DNA from: Laetmonice hystrix
Lineage: Eukaryota
Assembly: GCA_965235115.1 (NCBI GenBank)
Contig: OZ249436.1
Coordinates: forward strand, 8,124,001 to 8,188,000
Length of the DNA stretch: 64,000 nt
Direction of reading: 5' to 3'
The position numbers and the translations under genes are program-made. Position 1 is the first letter of the stretch, and the number at the start of each line of letters is the position of its first letter. Below, in pieces: positions 51,806 to 64,000 of the stretch. The notes under the pieces were generated by a model that was given only the letters and a program-made list of their open reading frames with translations, made no database searches and was not told the DNA's origin.

Positions 51806-51994
51806 CCTGATGAGATGCACCAGCCCCCAGACAGCAAGAACCAAGTAGCAGAGGGCTGAAGTATAGACGTGAAGCGGCCATGCCTGTCCGTACAGGACAA
51901 GAACAACCGGCCAGTTGACCGGAGCATCCAAGAAGAATGGCGGAATGAACCCTGGTTCTTTGGTACCATTCATTACCGCCGTCGTGGACTCCAT
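51806..51994 (-). CDS. 7-TM PRRT3/4-like gene B, first coding exon (MESTTAVMNGT...AWPLHVYTSALCYLVLAVWGLVHLIR)
   Basis: Acceptor just upstream (tttttccag, ~52002); AGG|gtaggc donor; same intron position as gene A; N-glycosylation sequon NGT. Confidence 0.85.
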
Positions 51995-52630
51995 TATACT
52001 ACTGGAAAAAGAAGAAACAAAAAAATACCCTCATTAGAGAATAAAATATTTTGGGACCCCATCGATCGTAAAGAAGAATACTTCTTGCAGGGCCCTGCGT
52101 GAACGAAGCCGTGCTGAAACCAATTACATTAATTGTTTTTGTTAAAAGAAAATTACAGATTTGTTTCTGTCAAATATAAAGGAACCCCTTGTGACTTTAG
52201 AAACACCACGGTAAAAACTTTGTCATGTGAGTTTTTTGACATCTTAAAGAAGGCGTAAAGCGTCTGACCTTTAACTTTCCAAGGTGACACATCATAAACG
52301 CCCTTTATAAAAGTTAAGAAAGAAGAAGGGAGAAAGACATCACAAGGAACGCAATTAGGAGACCAGCAGTTGTTAGTGTAAAGAGGAAAGTCTTTAGAAC
52401 AAGGGTCCACGGTAATCAACACAGAAAGACAAACGTGACGGGTCATGTCCAAACAGACTTCATACAGCCAATAATGAGAAACTGTAGCCGCGCTCCACAC
52501 GGAGTAAAATCGGTCGTGGTGGTCTACGCTCTCTGGGCCAGTTCTTTGATTCTCTCTTTTAATCGGATTTTGGGCCGGATTTTCTGCAAGGTCCATGGTT
52601 TTCTCCGGGTGCCCCGGTTTTCTCCACCGG

Positions 52631-52850
52631 TAAAACTGGCCTGCTTAATCCTGATTTTCATCGGATCTCTCATCCGATCTTTTAGATGAGATAGTGAAAT
52701 ATTTTTTAAAGAATTGTAGGTGAAAATATGCATAATTCTGGCGTACATTATGACTAGAAAGATTTGTTGTAAACACAATTTTTGATAGATTTTTAAAATT
52801 ATCGGATGGGAAATCGGATGAAGATCAGGACAGTGGATGGCCGTCTTTAT
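52631..52850. mobile_element. Degenerate MITE (inverted repeats 52650-52680 and 52801-52829)
   Basis: cctgattttcatcggatctctcatccgat vs atcggatgggaaatcggatgaagatcagg. Confidence 0.5.
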
Positions 52851-53528
52851 AGGCGTCGCATTCCTCATGCCCTGTCAGAGCTCCCCAAACAGGGTGATAC
52901 ATATAAAAAGATTAGTAGGGCCAAAAGACAAACTGTACTCAAATTTACATTCATTACGATACGCAATAATGAAACACTCGAAAAATGTAACCGCGGGTCA
53001 TTGAAACGCTCCTGGCCTCTACCTTATTGTGAAATCATAACCATAATGTAAATTGAAATGTAATTTGGCCAAATTAAAATATGAGAATATAGATTACTGA
53101 TTTAGAGACAGCCTGTACGAACAAGGTAATAATTTTCACTCCTGTTCTGTAGTCATTTTAGGCAAAGTCCTGAATTACATCGCCTCCAAACAAATTACAA
53201 ATAGAGAACAGGTTTATAGTTGCGTCATAAAGTTTCCATTCCTAATAACATTATATCGCAGGACTGCATGGTCTAGATCAACAGAAAACAAGAAGCGATG
53301 CCCTTACCTGGAAATGTTTCAACCCCTCAGAGAAAACGCACCACCTACACTCTACGTATATTTTGAAGTTTTAGGCAGTGTTGAACACCTTCAGGTTGCA
53401 TACAAGCATGTTTGCCTGTTACAAGTATACTTATATATGGTATGCCAAGTAATCGATGAAAAGTCTCCGAATTCAACCCTGGCCACTCCTGCGTCGTCCA
53501 ATCGAACCAGCAGCTTACGTAGGCCGCC

Positions 53529-53612
53529 TATACTCTCTCTCGTACCTAGTGCTACACTTCAGTACTGCCCTGTACTCTCTCTCGTACCTAATGCTACACT
53601 TCAGTACTGCCC

Positions 53613-53659
<47 letters not shown>

Positions 53660-53683
53660 CTAGTACTACACTTCAGTACTGCT
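53529..53683. repeat. ~43-bp repeat x3 with an expanded (CT)n
   Basis: ctctctcgtacctagtgctacacttcagtactgc repeated. Confidence 0.8.
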
Positions 53684-53923
53684 GACAATGAAGGACTTAA
53701 TTACACTCCACCTCATATTGCGTACATTTTTTCATGTTAAATATGAAGTTTGATCTGAGTGACTTTTCTGATTTCCATAACATCAAAGGACCACTCCTTT
53801 GTAAAGCACTCGCAATACACTCGACTTGGTTCAAACTTGACGGACAATCCAGAGAAACAAGCAATGCGAAAGTATCGAATGTCGTCCAGCGGCAAAGTCT
53901 ACGAGTAGGAACGTACAGATTAA

Positions 53924-54318
53924 TTGGCATCTGTAAGCATTATGTAAGTATTACAATGTGCAAGTACTATATCATTGATTGACATCTGTAAGCATTATGT
54001 AAATATTACAATGTGCAAGTTCTATATCATTGATTGACATCTGTAAGCATTATGTAAGTATTACAATGTGCAAGTACTATATCATTTATTGGTATCTGTA
54101 ATCATTATGTAAGTATTACAATGTGCAAGTACTATATCATTGATTGACATCTGTAAGCATTATGTAAATATTACAATGTGCAAGTTCTATATCATTGATT
54201 GACATCTGTAAGCATTATGTAAGTATTACAATGTGCAAGTACTATATCCTTGATTGACATCTGTAAGCATTATGTAAGTATTACAATGTGCAAGTACTAG
54301 GCCTATATCATTGATTGA
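53924..54318. repeat. 55-bp minisatellite, 7 copies
   Basis: catctgtaagcattatgtaagtattacaatgtgcaagtactatatcattgattga. Confidence 0.95.
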
Positions 54319-55914
54319 TAAATATGAAGTTAACAATTAAAGACGTGTCCGATTTCTCGGAATGTTAAAGTGACAGCATCTTCACTTTTAAAGAAAGAAT
54401 TTGCATTATTTTCACAATAGGTTTCTAGCTAGGAATCGATCGAAAGCATTGTGTTTTTCTGAGCCCAGAATGAGTAGAAAAATCCAGAACACAGCACGCG
54501 GAGTACTGGGCAGTACTCTTGTCTGTCTCTACTCTATTATCCTAACAAAAATTTCCTTTTAAATTAAGAACCAATATCTGCCGTTATGGCCGAGATAATG
54601 AATAAGGCTATCTCTATATGTAGGCGGGCTTATCGTGAAACGGAATCAAGGCCTACTGCATTATTTACTGGAGGGTGCATGGTAAAGAGAAGGTCCACAT
54701 GCTTCGTGCTCTAATATAGGCTGGATGCAGAGCCGAGGGTTTATTTAGGAAGACAAGTGTTGTTCTTCTTGTTAGTTTTGATGATGTAGGTACCAATCAA
54801 AGGACCAAGCAGGTCCGGGCGCGGCTGAATCTTTGCCTTTTTCTCTAACTATTAAACTTCAACCGTAAAGATTTCATGCAATGTTTCCCGAATTTCACGA
54901 ATTGACGCCCCCGCTTGATCCCGTCGAAAAGTACATTTATATTAATATGAAAGGGATTAGAAAAGTTCAAACTATCAATATAAGGGTGTTCAGCATGAAC
55001 AAGCTTGTTCTTACCTACAATTCTGTGATTATCTGATCTTTAATAAAGGAATAATGAACCGAAATGTAGAGACATTCTCCCGCTGGCTTCGTCGGTTTGT
55101 TTACCCTACTTGGCCGTTATCTCAATCTATTAATAGTCATAGCTCCCGCTGTCTCGCGTGAGAAATAGCGAATGACCCGGACGGTATTTTTAAAAAGTCG
55201 CCGTAGACAGTGTTCCACTTATCAGTGTGACCTTAGACACTTTATACTATGGTGTTACTTGTGTTTAAAGGTACGTTAGTGAGGAACTTTTGCTGTAGGT
55301 TTAAAGGAAGAGATAACAATGCTTACCTATACGCCTACCTCTGTAGGGTCACAAGGCGGCCAGTTGTTTCTACGTTGTGTATACAGTGATCTCTCTATAC
55401 CGTGACGAGTTTTGTCAAACCGACGGGACAGCTGACAAGATTATGGTGCCCGTACTCACAACTCGGGCTACTTTAAGGTACCGCACATCATTAGAAGATA
55501 TCCATCGATTGAGCCATGACATTAAGGTATTGATTTCGTCCTTAGTTCGTGATGGGGTCTCGCCCTCTTCCTGGAGAAGTTTCCCCGCCCTTCCAAAGAA
55601 CGATGCTCCTTTCTCATTAGGCTCGGTGTTTATCACAAGGCAGTGTGTAGCATCGTTTATTTTGATTGTAACATAAAAGGCGATCAAACACAGGGAATGT
55701 TACATTGTACTCGTAGACACGCGGATACGTCCCTGTTAATGTTTACCTGTCCTCTTCCGAAAGTTCCGACATAGAGTGATATTGATTAAATGTCATCAAA
55801 AGGCCTGTCTCAAAAGTTTCCCGCCTCACCATGGACACTGGGTAGAAACCTTTCGTGGTTTTATTTTTCTACATACCCCCCTCCTTGACTTCGATGCACT
55901 TGCTCTACCGTTTT

Positions 55915-56003
55915 CAGGGCCGTAGCCTGGCCCAAATGCGTGGGGGGGGGGGGAATCCCAGGGGGGCAGCTGCCCCCCTGCCCCCCCCCAGGCTACGGCC
56001 CTG
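55915..56003. mobile_element. 89-bp MITE, 5-bp TSD GTTTT
   Basis: cagggccgtagcctg/caggctacggccctg. Confidence 0.75.
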
Positions 56004-57534
56004 GTTTTTCAAGCTTCTTGAAGTTGCAGTTGCTTGTAGACCTCACTGTAACCTGAGAGGTCTGTGCCGGGACGTTGTCCTGCAGCAACCACACACCTCG
56101 GCGGAGCTTTCCTTGGCGCTTCTTCTATATTTCTTCTCGCAACCTCCAGAGTTCATTAGCATAATATTCGCCAATTATTGTACTGCCCTGCTGGAGGTCT
56201 AATCTATTATTAACACTCCCTCACAGCCCAAAAGACAGACGCCCTTACTTTACCACTTGATGGCATGGTCTTGGAAGTTTTGGTGGTGGAGACCCCGGAT
56301 GCTTCCACTGCATGCTTTGACTTTTAGTGTCAGGATCAAAGTGAGGGGACCAAGGTTTCATCTTGAATAACAACCAGGCCGATATTCATTCAAAAGTTCC
56401 TGACCCACATGACCCCGTTTTCTCATGTATTTCTCTGTTAACATTCTAATCCATTCTAGTCCACTCTTTAAAATAAAAAAAATAGCCCCCCTAAATATCT
56501 AATGGTCGCCCCCTTAGTGTCATCAAAGTATCATCGACACACCTACGGTTATTTGTTTCTTTTAAGACCGTCTATAGTGAAAACGCTTTCAACTTCATGT
56601 CAGACCCGCAGATTGTGCAATCTCCTGTTTTATAGGTTACAGGACATGTACATTTCAAAATTGTTCACCTTTAGCTACCCGCAGCCTGCAACAAGTAGGA
56701 TAATGGAACATTGAAAGAGGATGTTTCTGGATCGATTATGACATTTTGTTATAAATGTGAACTTATTTTGACTCCGACTCCACTATAGGGAACGTGGCAG
56801 AATACTGCTCTCCAGTGTGTCCTGGGGACATCTGCCGCCACCGGACCTGTCGTCTGCCTTTTGTGAGAGTAGTAATCTGCGTTCTGCAACGCGCGCGCGC
56901 CTTCGGTGGCCACTTGGCCATTTCCCCAGGATTTGCGCAAACTCGTGTAAAGCGGCATCGCGGATGTAGAGATGAGCAGTAAATAGGCCTAGTCGAATTT
57001 CCCTATGCACAGGCACATCGGGCCTATAGGCCTAGTTCAAATCTAATTTCTCAACATACCTAGGCCCTATCCTTCTCGAATTTTCTACCGTTTTGACGGT
57101 AGAGGCAAACCAGTCTCTTCTTCACCTGCGAGCAAACCAGATATTTTAACATAGACCTTTTTAACATAGGCCTGCATAGACCTGAATATTCATGTCTATG
57201 CAGGCTGGCCTGATCCCCAGCTCTATATTGACTTCGTATATAAAGCCTGGTGATGGCCAATCGAAGCAAGCGTTGTGATTGGCCCATCGAAAACATGGAC
57301 GCAAACGAGGTATAGTTCCGTACCCTCCGTATTTCTCCAACAAGACACAAATATTTTCGTCAATCCCTTTAAAATACAAGTGTTAAATGTCCTCCCTTTT
57401 CTGGATGTAAACATAGCGTCAGCAGTCCCCACACCTGCTACGGTCTGCATACGCAGGGGCATGTTGCTGTTGTTGGCCACTCCCGGCCACGCTCCAAGCA
57501 GAAGTCAATCACTCTGTTAACGCTGACCAACGGA

Positions 57535-57592
57535 CCGGAGGCGGAAGTGATTAGCTCCGAGGCGGAAGTGCTTGGAGATCACCACTTCCGTT
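57535..57592. promoter_or_regulatory. Cluster of three ETS/GABP-type sites (GCGGAAGTG x2, CACTTCCG) in CpG-rich DNA; likely promoter
   Basis: Motifs at 57541, 57562 and 57583. Confidence 0.5.
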
Positions 57593-57948
57593 TTACAGCT
57601 TTCTGTTAGCCATCACCGGGCCTTACATCAAGCGGATGCGTATGGTAGGCACCGGGGACCAGGCTATGCAGGCTTGTATAGTGCGTCCCGCGTTGGGCCT
57701 CAAAGGACACCAGCGAGGGGCGCCATCTATCGGCTACTGTAGCGACCTCCTATTGCGGGCGTTCAGAGAATCCTTGTTCAGAGGCGACCACGTTTTACGG
57801 GCAAATGCCTGCACTTTCAAACAATATAACGTTCAGACACGTTTAAGGCGAAAGTGGCAACGGTCTTGTGACGAGAAGCATTGCAAAAATAGTAGAGTTT
57901 CACCAACTGCCTCGACACTATCGGATACATTATAAACATGATTAATTG

Positions 57949-58182
57949 CAGGGGCGGATCCAGGATTTTCGGTTGGGGGGGGGGGGGGCAAAGTTGATTT
58001 TATCTAGCTGAAATTTGGTGTTGTATCAATATGACGGGCGCCAGCCAGTGGGGGAACGCCATCGGTGGGAGGGATATAGGGGGCCTCTCTTAGAAAATTT
58101 TGAAAAAGGGTGCAATTTGGTACATTAGACACATTTTAGGGGGGGATGGCCCTTTTGCCCCCCCCCCTTGGATCCGCCACTG
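57949..58182. mobile_element. MITE with 5-bp TSD AATTG; a related degenerate copy follows (~58200-58354)
   Basis: caggggcggatcca/tggatccgccactg; aattg on both flanks. Confidence 0.8.
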
Positions 58183-58785
58183 AATTGTTGTGAGGGTTTC
58201 ATGGGTGGATCAATGAATGTTTGAGGGGGGGGGGGGGCTCACCATTGGGCAAACACATCATTACGCATATGCCTATAGCCTAATTAGATGATAGGAATAA
58301 TATCGGTCAGAATTTAGGGGGGATGGAGCTTAGACCCCCTTGAATCCGCCATTGGGCTTGGCTAGTATCTGGAAGCAGCAGAAATTTAGGGCCAACAAGA
58401 AAGGCTAACTAGTCGCAAACAATTATTTCAAGTTATCACATGCTATTCAAATACCATTACTTCATGCGAACGGTCACATTACGGCCATGCGGTAGTTTAA
58501 AGTGAAAATCTGCCAAATCAACTCCAAAGATGTATCGAATATACATACCGCACATCTCTGAATTCAATCCTCGCGCAATACTGTTCGCCTCTCGTGTGGT
58601 TTTGCACTGCACGAACGTATGAAAACTCTGGATTTATAGTTCCTTATTCCTCCGCCTGCATGCTGACGTCTGGGATGGGACTATTTTTTCGTTTACTCGA
58701 TGAAATATGACAAACATGTGCGGGTGTTTTGTAATCACACTATACATAATTCCTTTCAGCTGGAAACTCCCTGCATGCATAGCAC

Positions 58786-60051
58786 AAACTTGGGGCAAGC
58801 TTGAGGTTATCCCACAGGATAACGGGAACTTGGGGAAAGCTTGAGGTTATCCCACAGGATAACAAACTTGGGGCAAGCTTGAGGTTATCCCACAGGATAA
58901 CAAACTTGGAGCACGCTTGAGGTTATTCCACAGGATAACGGAACCTTGGGGCAAGCTTGAGGTTATCCCACAGGATAACGGAACCTTGGCGCAAGCTTGA
59001 GGTTATCCCACAGGATAACGGAAACTTGGGGCAAGCTTGAGGTTATCCCACAGGATAACGGAAACTTGGGGCAAGCTTGAGGTTATCCCACAGGATAATA
59101 AACTTGGGGCAAGCTTGAGGTTATCCCACAGGATAACGGGAACTTGGGGAAAGCTTGAGGTTATCTCACAGGATAACGGGAACTTGGGGAAAGCTTGAGG
59201 TTATCTCACAGGATAACGGAAACTTGGGGAAAGCTTGAGGTTATCCCACAGGATAACGGAAACTTGGGGCAAGCTTGAGGTTATCCACAGGATAACTAAC
59301 TTGGGGCAAGCTTGAGGTTATCCCACAGGATAACGGGAACTTGGGGAAAGCTTGAGGTTATCCCACAGGATAACGGAAACTTGGGGCAAGCTTGAGGTTA
59401 TCCCACAGGATAACGGAAACTTGGGGCAAGCTTGAGGTTATCCCACAGGATAACGGAAACTTGGGGCACGCTTGAGGTTATCCCACAGGATAACGGAAAC
59501 TTGGGGAAAGCTTGAGGTTATCCCACAGGATAACGGAAACTTGGGGCAAGCTTGAGGTTATCCCACAGGATAACGGAAACTTGGGGAAAGCTTGAGGTTA
59601 TCCCACAGGATAACGGAAGCTTGGGGCAAGCTTGAGGTTATCCCACAGGATAACGGAAACTTGGGGCAAGCTTGAGGTTATCCCACAGGATAACGGAAAC
59701 TTAGGGCAAGCTCGAGGTTATCCCACAGGATAACGGAAACTTGGGGCAAGCTTGAGGTTATCCCACAGGATAACGGAACCTTGGGGCAAGTTTGAGGTTA
59801 TCCCACAGGATAACGGAAACTTAGGGCAAGCTTGAGGTTATCCCACAGGATAACGGAACCTTGGGGCAAGCTTGAGGTTATCCCACAGGATAACAAACTT
59901 GGGGCAAGCTTGAGGTTATCCCACAGGATAACGGGAACTTGGGGCAAGCTTGAGGTTATCCCACAGGATAACGGAAACTTGGGGAAAGCTTGAGGTTATC
60001 CCACAGGATAACGGAAACTTGGGGAAAGCTTGAGGTTATCCCACAGGATAA
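58786..60051. repeat. 38-40-bp minisatellite, ~32 copies, each with a GTTATCC-caca-GGATAAC hairpin
   Basis: aacttggggcaagcttgaggttatcccacaggataacgga. Confidence 0.95.
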
Positions 60052-60680
60052 GAAACGATCAAATTTGTTTGGATACACCAAGCTGCAACGACAGTATAGT
60101 CAGGTTATATTCCGTCAGATGGCGTTTAGGTACTGTCGTTCCTGAGCCTCAAGAAAAAGAAACGAGGTCCGCCTCTGGGCGATCAGGTTCGGCCAATGCC
60201 ACAGCATAGGACTTGTTATCAAATACAACCCTAGACAGGTGACAACAAATAGAGTCATATATACTGGCATTGTGCAGATTGTAACAGATTGTATATTTAT
60301 AGGACATAATGCCACAAAAGGTTCGCATTGTACGGATTGTACGAGATCTATCGAATCGCATCGCATGACGTTAACGAAGTGGCGTTTCCAGGGGGGTTGC
60401 CAAGTATCCCGGAACCCCCCCCCCCCACACACACACATTTGTTTAAAACAGAAGTGTAAAAAGTGCATTGTTTTAACCAACGGAAATCTATATATTTTAG
60501 TGTGATATCAATAGGTTCTTATAGGTGAGCAGAGCTAGTAGGTTATGAAACCGACTTGGGCCGGATATCCAGGGGGCGCCACTCTCGTCGACACGTATAC
60601 GTACGGTGGGCCTGTGGAAAAGTTCCCTGTGACTACCACGACGAACCGGGCACCAGCATGGCATCATGAGCTATCCCAGA

Positions 60681-61150
60681 ATCCGGTGGTGTCAGAGATA
60701 ATTACGGAGAAACCAGATTCTGGGACCAGAGTGTTGTGGTCGTAATTATCCGATGGTGTCAGAGATAATTACTGAGAAACCAGATTCTGGGACCAGAGTG
60801 TTGTGGTCGTAATTATCCGATGGTGTCAGAGATAATTACGGAGAAACCAGATTCTGGGACCAGAGTGTTGTGGTCGTAATTATCCGATGGTGTCAGAGAT
60901 AATTACTGAGAAACCAGATTCTGGGACCAGAGTGTTGTGGTCGTAAGTATCCGATGGTGTCAGAGATAATTACTGAGAAACCAGATTCTGGGACCAGAGT
61001 GTTGTGATCGTAATTATCCGATGGTGTCAGAGATAATTACTGAGAAACCAGATTCTGGGACCAGAGTGTTGTGGTCGTAAGTATCCGATGGTGTCAGAGA
61101 TAATTATGGAGAAACCAGATTCTGGGACGAGAGTGTTGTGGTCGTAATTA
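60681..61150. repeat. 67-bp minisatellite, 7 copies
   Basis: tccgatggtgtcagagataattactgagaaaccagattctgggaccagagtgttgtggtcgtaatta. Confidence 0.95.
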
Positions 61151-64000
61151 CCGTCTGCCTATTGGAACATCCACTCCGTTTTGTTATTCAAGGTTTTGGT
61201 GTTTTAATCCAAAGACAAACACCCAGCGTAAGTTTAAATAAAGAAATATCACTGCTTGATGCCCCTCTTCGATAGGCCTAGGCCTACTTTATGTCACTGA
61301 TGTAGTAAGTTAACGAGTGAGGTGGCGGTGCGCATGTTCCTAGTTGGGCCGTGATATGTAATCTGTGAGAGTGCTTTCCCCGAACGAACGAAGATTGCCG
61401 AAGATTGCCGAAAGAACTCAAGTGTGAGAATACAGGTGACCATGCCCCTTGCTCAAGAATGGTAAAATCTGTCCGGAGATTCACCGCACTAGCTCAACCA
61501 AGTGGCGCCATCTGTATGAACAAAATTGAACGAAAGTGCAGCAACTATCACTTTTCATTGCATTTTCGCTGGTACTTTTTTAAATTGTTCGTATGATATG
61601 AGGAAAACGTATAGTTATCTCTTACATAATCAGGCAAGGAAATCGTGTGGCAACCTTAAAAAATGTCCTTGGTTAATCTGTGGAAGGGAAGGAGATGCCC
61701 GCCTCTCCCTCGGCAAGAAGATGAAGACGTCAGGTGAGAAGAAAAGTTAACTTCGGGAGATGTTATAAGGTCTTTAAGTTTAACAGGTTTCCATTATAAC
61801 TATTTCATTGTGTAGGGTGACTCTTGGTGCTAATCACCCGATCCTCGAAAACTACCACCATCTGCATGATGAGGTTCTCACAGCAGCTGCTACATCTATC
61901 TGTCAGGACTGATACAGACAGAAAGAACGAGAACAAAACGTTCCCACAAAAAACTGACAAAGGCGGTCTGGAAGTCCAATTAAGAGACAGATCCGTCTAA
62001 AAGGCTGCGGAAAGATCATTCTGAGAATGGGTTTGCACTTTCTCTGTTAGCAGCTGTGCGGTGTGGACATACAGGTCGTTTGGCTTGACGTGTCTCGGAT
62101 GGATAAACCAGAGTATGGCAAAGAAAGGGAAACTTCTTGTCAGGCGACCCCTTACTTTGGCGACTCCATACACAGGTTACAATGAGGCTTCAGCCTGAGG
62201 CTATTAAAAATTAATTTGTCGGCTTTAGCTCCCGTGCGATATGCCCGGTGGGTTCAGATAGACGGGGTTGTATGACTGAAAGGGGAATTTCATTAGGATC
62301 TTGAATTGACTTGTCAGTGAAATACAACGCACAAAAAAGGGGTATAGGTCCGAGCAGGGGTATCTGAGGCGGTGGGGGTAACTGCAGTGTGAATACAACA
62401 CCGTCTAATTTAAAAGGGTAGGGTCACTGGGGGCTTCAGGTGGAATGGTGGGAGTCTCCAACATCATGATACCCCAAATACCTACCCTTGCTGTAAGTCC
62501 TGTACACCCAACCTTCCAGCCCCCTCCGAGCCTATACCACAGCACCTTTACAAGGCTATCATTTTCTTCATTATGCAGGTGCACCAACACAAACGATGCT
62601 TTGACTGAGCGGTCTGGCCTGAAGGCATGTGTACATAATACCTTCATACTTATATGTATGTACATGTATAGAGAGGTACGTAGAGACAGACAAACAGGCA
62701 GATCCTGGTACACATCTGATACCCCATACCTTCTATACTAGGAATGTGGGATGACGTTATATTGGACCGCGAGCATTTCGAGTTGTCGCCCTGTCCATTT
62801 TCACCTCTCATCGAAACCGCTGTGGGGAACGGGTAAGATATCTGAAAAAAGTGTTTCCATAGCCCCAGAAACCTGGCCTGACCCTAGATATTCTATCTGT
62901 TAATCACAGGAGATGCCTAACAAAAATTCGCGAGGGATGGAAAAGCCATTGCCTCAGGAAATGTAGAAAGGGAGTACGAAGATTCAACACAAAGACACCA
63001 TTTGTTAGTGGTCAAATAAAAAAAAGAAATTTATGATAATAAACCCCGAATGACGCCACCTAATTTGTTCAGCGATTTGCTAAAAGATCAAATTTTGTGG
63101 GGGGTTTTGGGGCCCGACTGACTCCAAATTATTTCGTGAAGTAAACATCTGTTGTATTTTATGGTGGATCTATAAGGCGCGTGAATCTTTGCTGACTGCC
63201 ACAAAAGTCGTAAAGTTGTATTTTGGTTGATGGCATACTTAGTATATAATTTGATTTTTTGTGACGTCCTTGAATGTACTTCTTTTTTTCAGTTCGGGAG
63301 AAAACATGTATAGAAATAAAGATACACCTTCTATAGGGATACCGTATCAGGCGCATCTTGCCCCTGAAATATAAAAAGTGGCATTTCCTATCTGAAGTTG
63401 ACGTACTTATCTATGTGAGCATTGCCCAGATGATTTTGATGGTGTGTTAGAACCTTGAATCGTACATAAAGAGAACAAACTGTGCCTTGTTACATGTCAG
63501 ATATGTCTCATCTGACACGTTCATATCGGGTCGATGTTGATGAAACACACGAGTTTCTTTTGAAGTGATTGAAAAGGTAGTGGTAGGAAGGCACCGAATT
63601 GATGCCTCCTCTGGGAATTAAACTTTGAATTCGCACCTATACATTTGATCCGCGCCGTTATAGCATTTTTGTTAGCCTAATATTATTAAATGAGCTTCGC
63701 AGACAAGAAACGCTTCATGTTCTTACGTATACGTGGAGGCGCTATCCTATTAAGGGATTCAAGTCATTTCAAGTATTTGCGGAATTTTGTTTTGAACTCG
63801 TAATGAGAGAGGGCGACGTAAGATTTCTCGAGGGTGTCAGGAGGAACGCCTTATCTGGCAGTTCTCGCCACCATTAACCCTTGGAGCCTTGTATTCTCAG
63901 CCGGACGGAGGGCGGGGGTGGGGGGGGGGAGGGGGGAGGGGGGTGAGCGGACATGAGGTTTATAGACCAAGGTATATCAAAACAAAACAAGATCTGCGGG

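Noticed and set aside
58786..60051. CRISPR array
   Set aside because: No unique spacers, no cas genes, eukaryotic context; head-to-tail minisatellite

Overview
Intron-rich metazoan (probably marine invertebrate) genomic DNA; no prokaryotic features. (1) 397-32717 (+): most of a casein kinase 1 gamma gene (CSNK1G/gilgamesh); its 5' coding part lies upstream of the window. Eight core exons have consistent phases. There are also two duplicated, same-phase alternative last coding exons with different Cys/polybasic palmitoylation tails (KCCFFRRRKKKKTRQT* vs KCCCFYRPKKKKKAKRQK*), a candidate 18-nt microexon (SCCFSG), a candidate 42-nt cassette exon, and a ~400-nt G-U-rich RNA fold-back just before the distal acceptor. 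(2) A convergent pair of paralogous compact 7-TM genes resembling the PRRT3/PRRT4 membrane domain: 40734-42920 (+) and 50732-51994 (-). (3) Many non-autonomous DNA transposons: five CAG..CTG elements with 5-bp TSDs, two Tc1/mariner deletion derivatives, Sola-like, Kolobok-like and Harbinger-like elements, and a TIR element carrying a tRNA-Ile-like segment. (4) A LINE remnant, seven minisatellite arrays, and an apparent excess of TA-flanked 8-bp palindromes. Coordinates were counted by hand; family assignments are from motif recall, not database searches.
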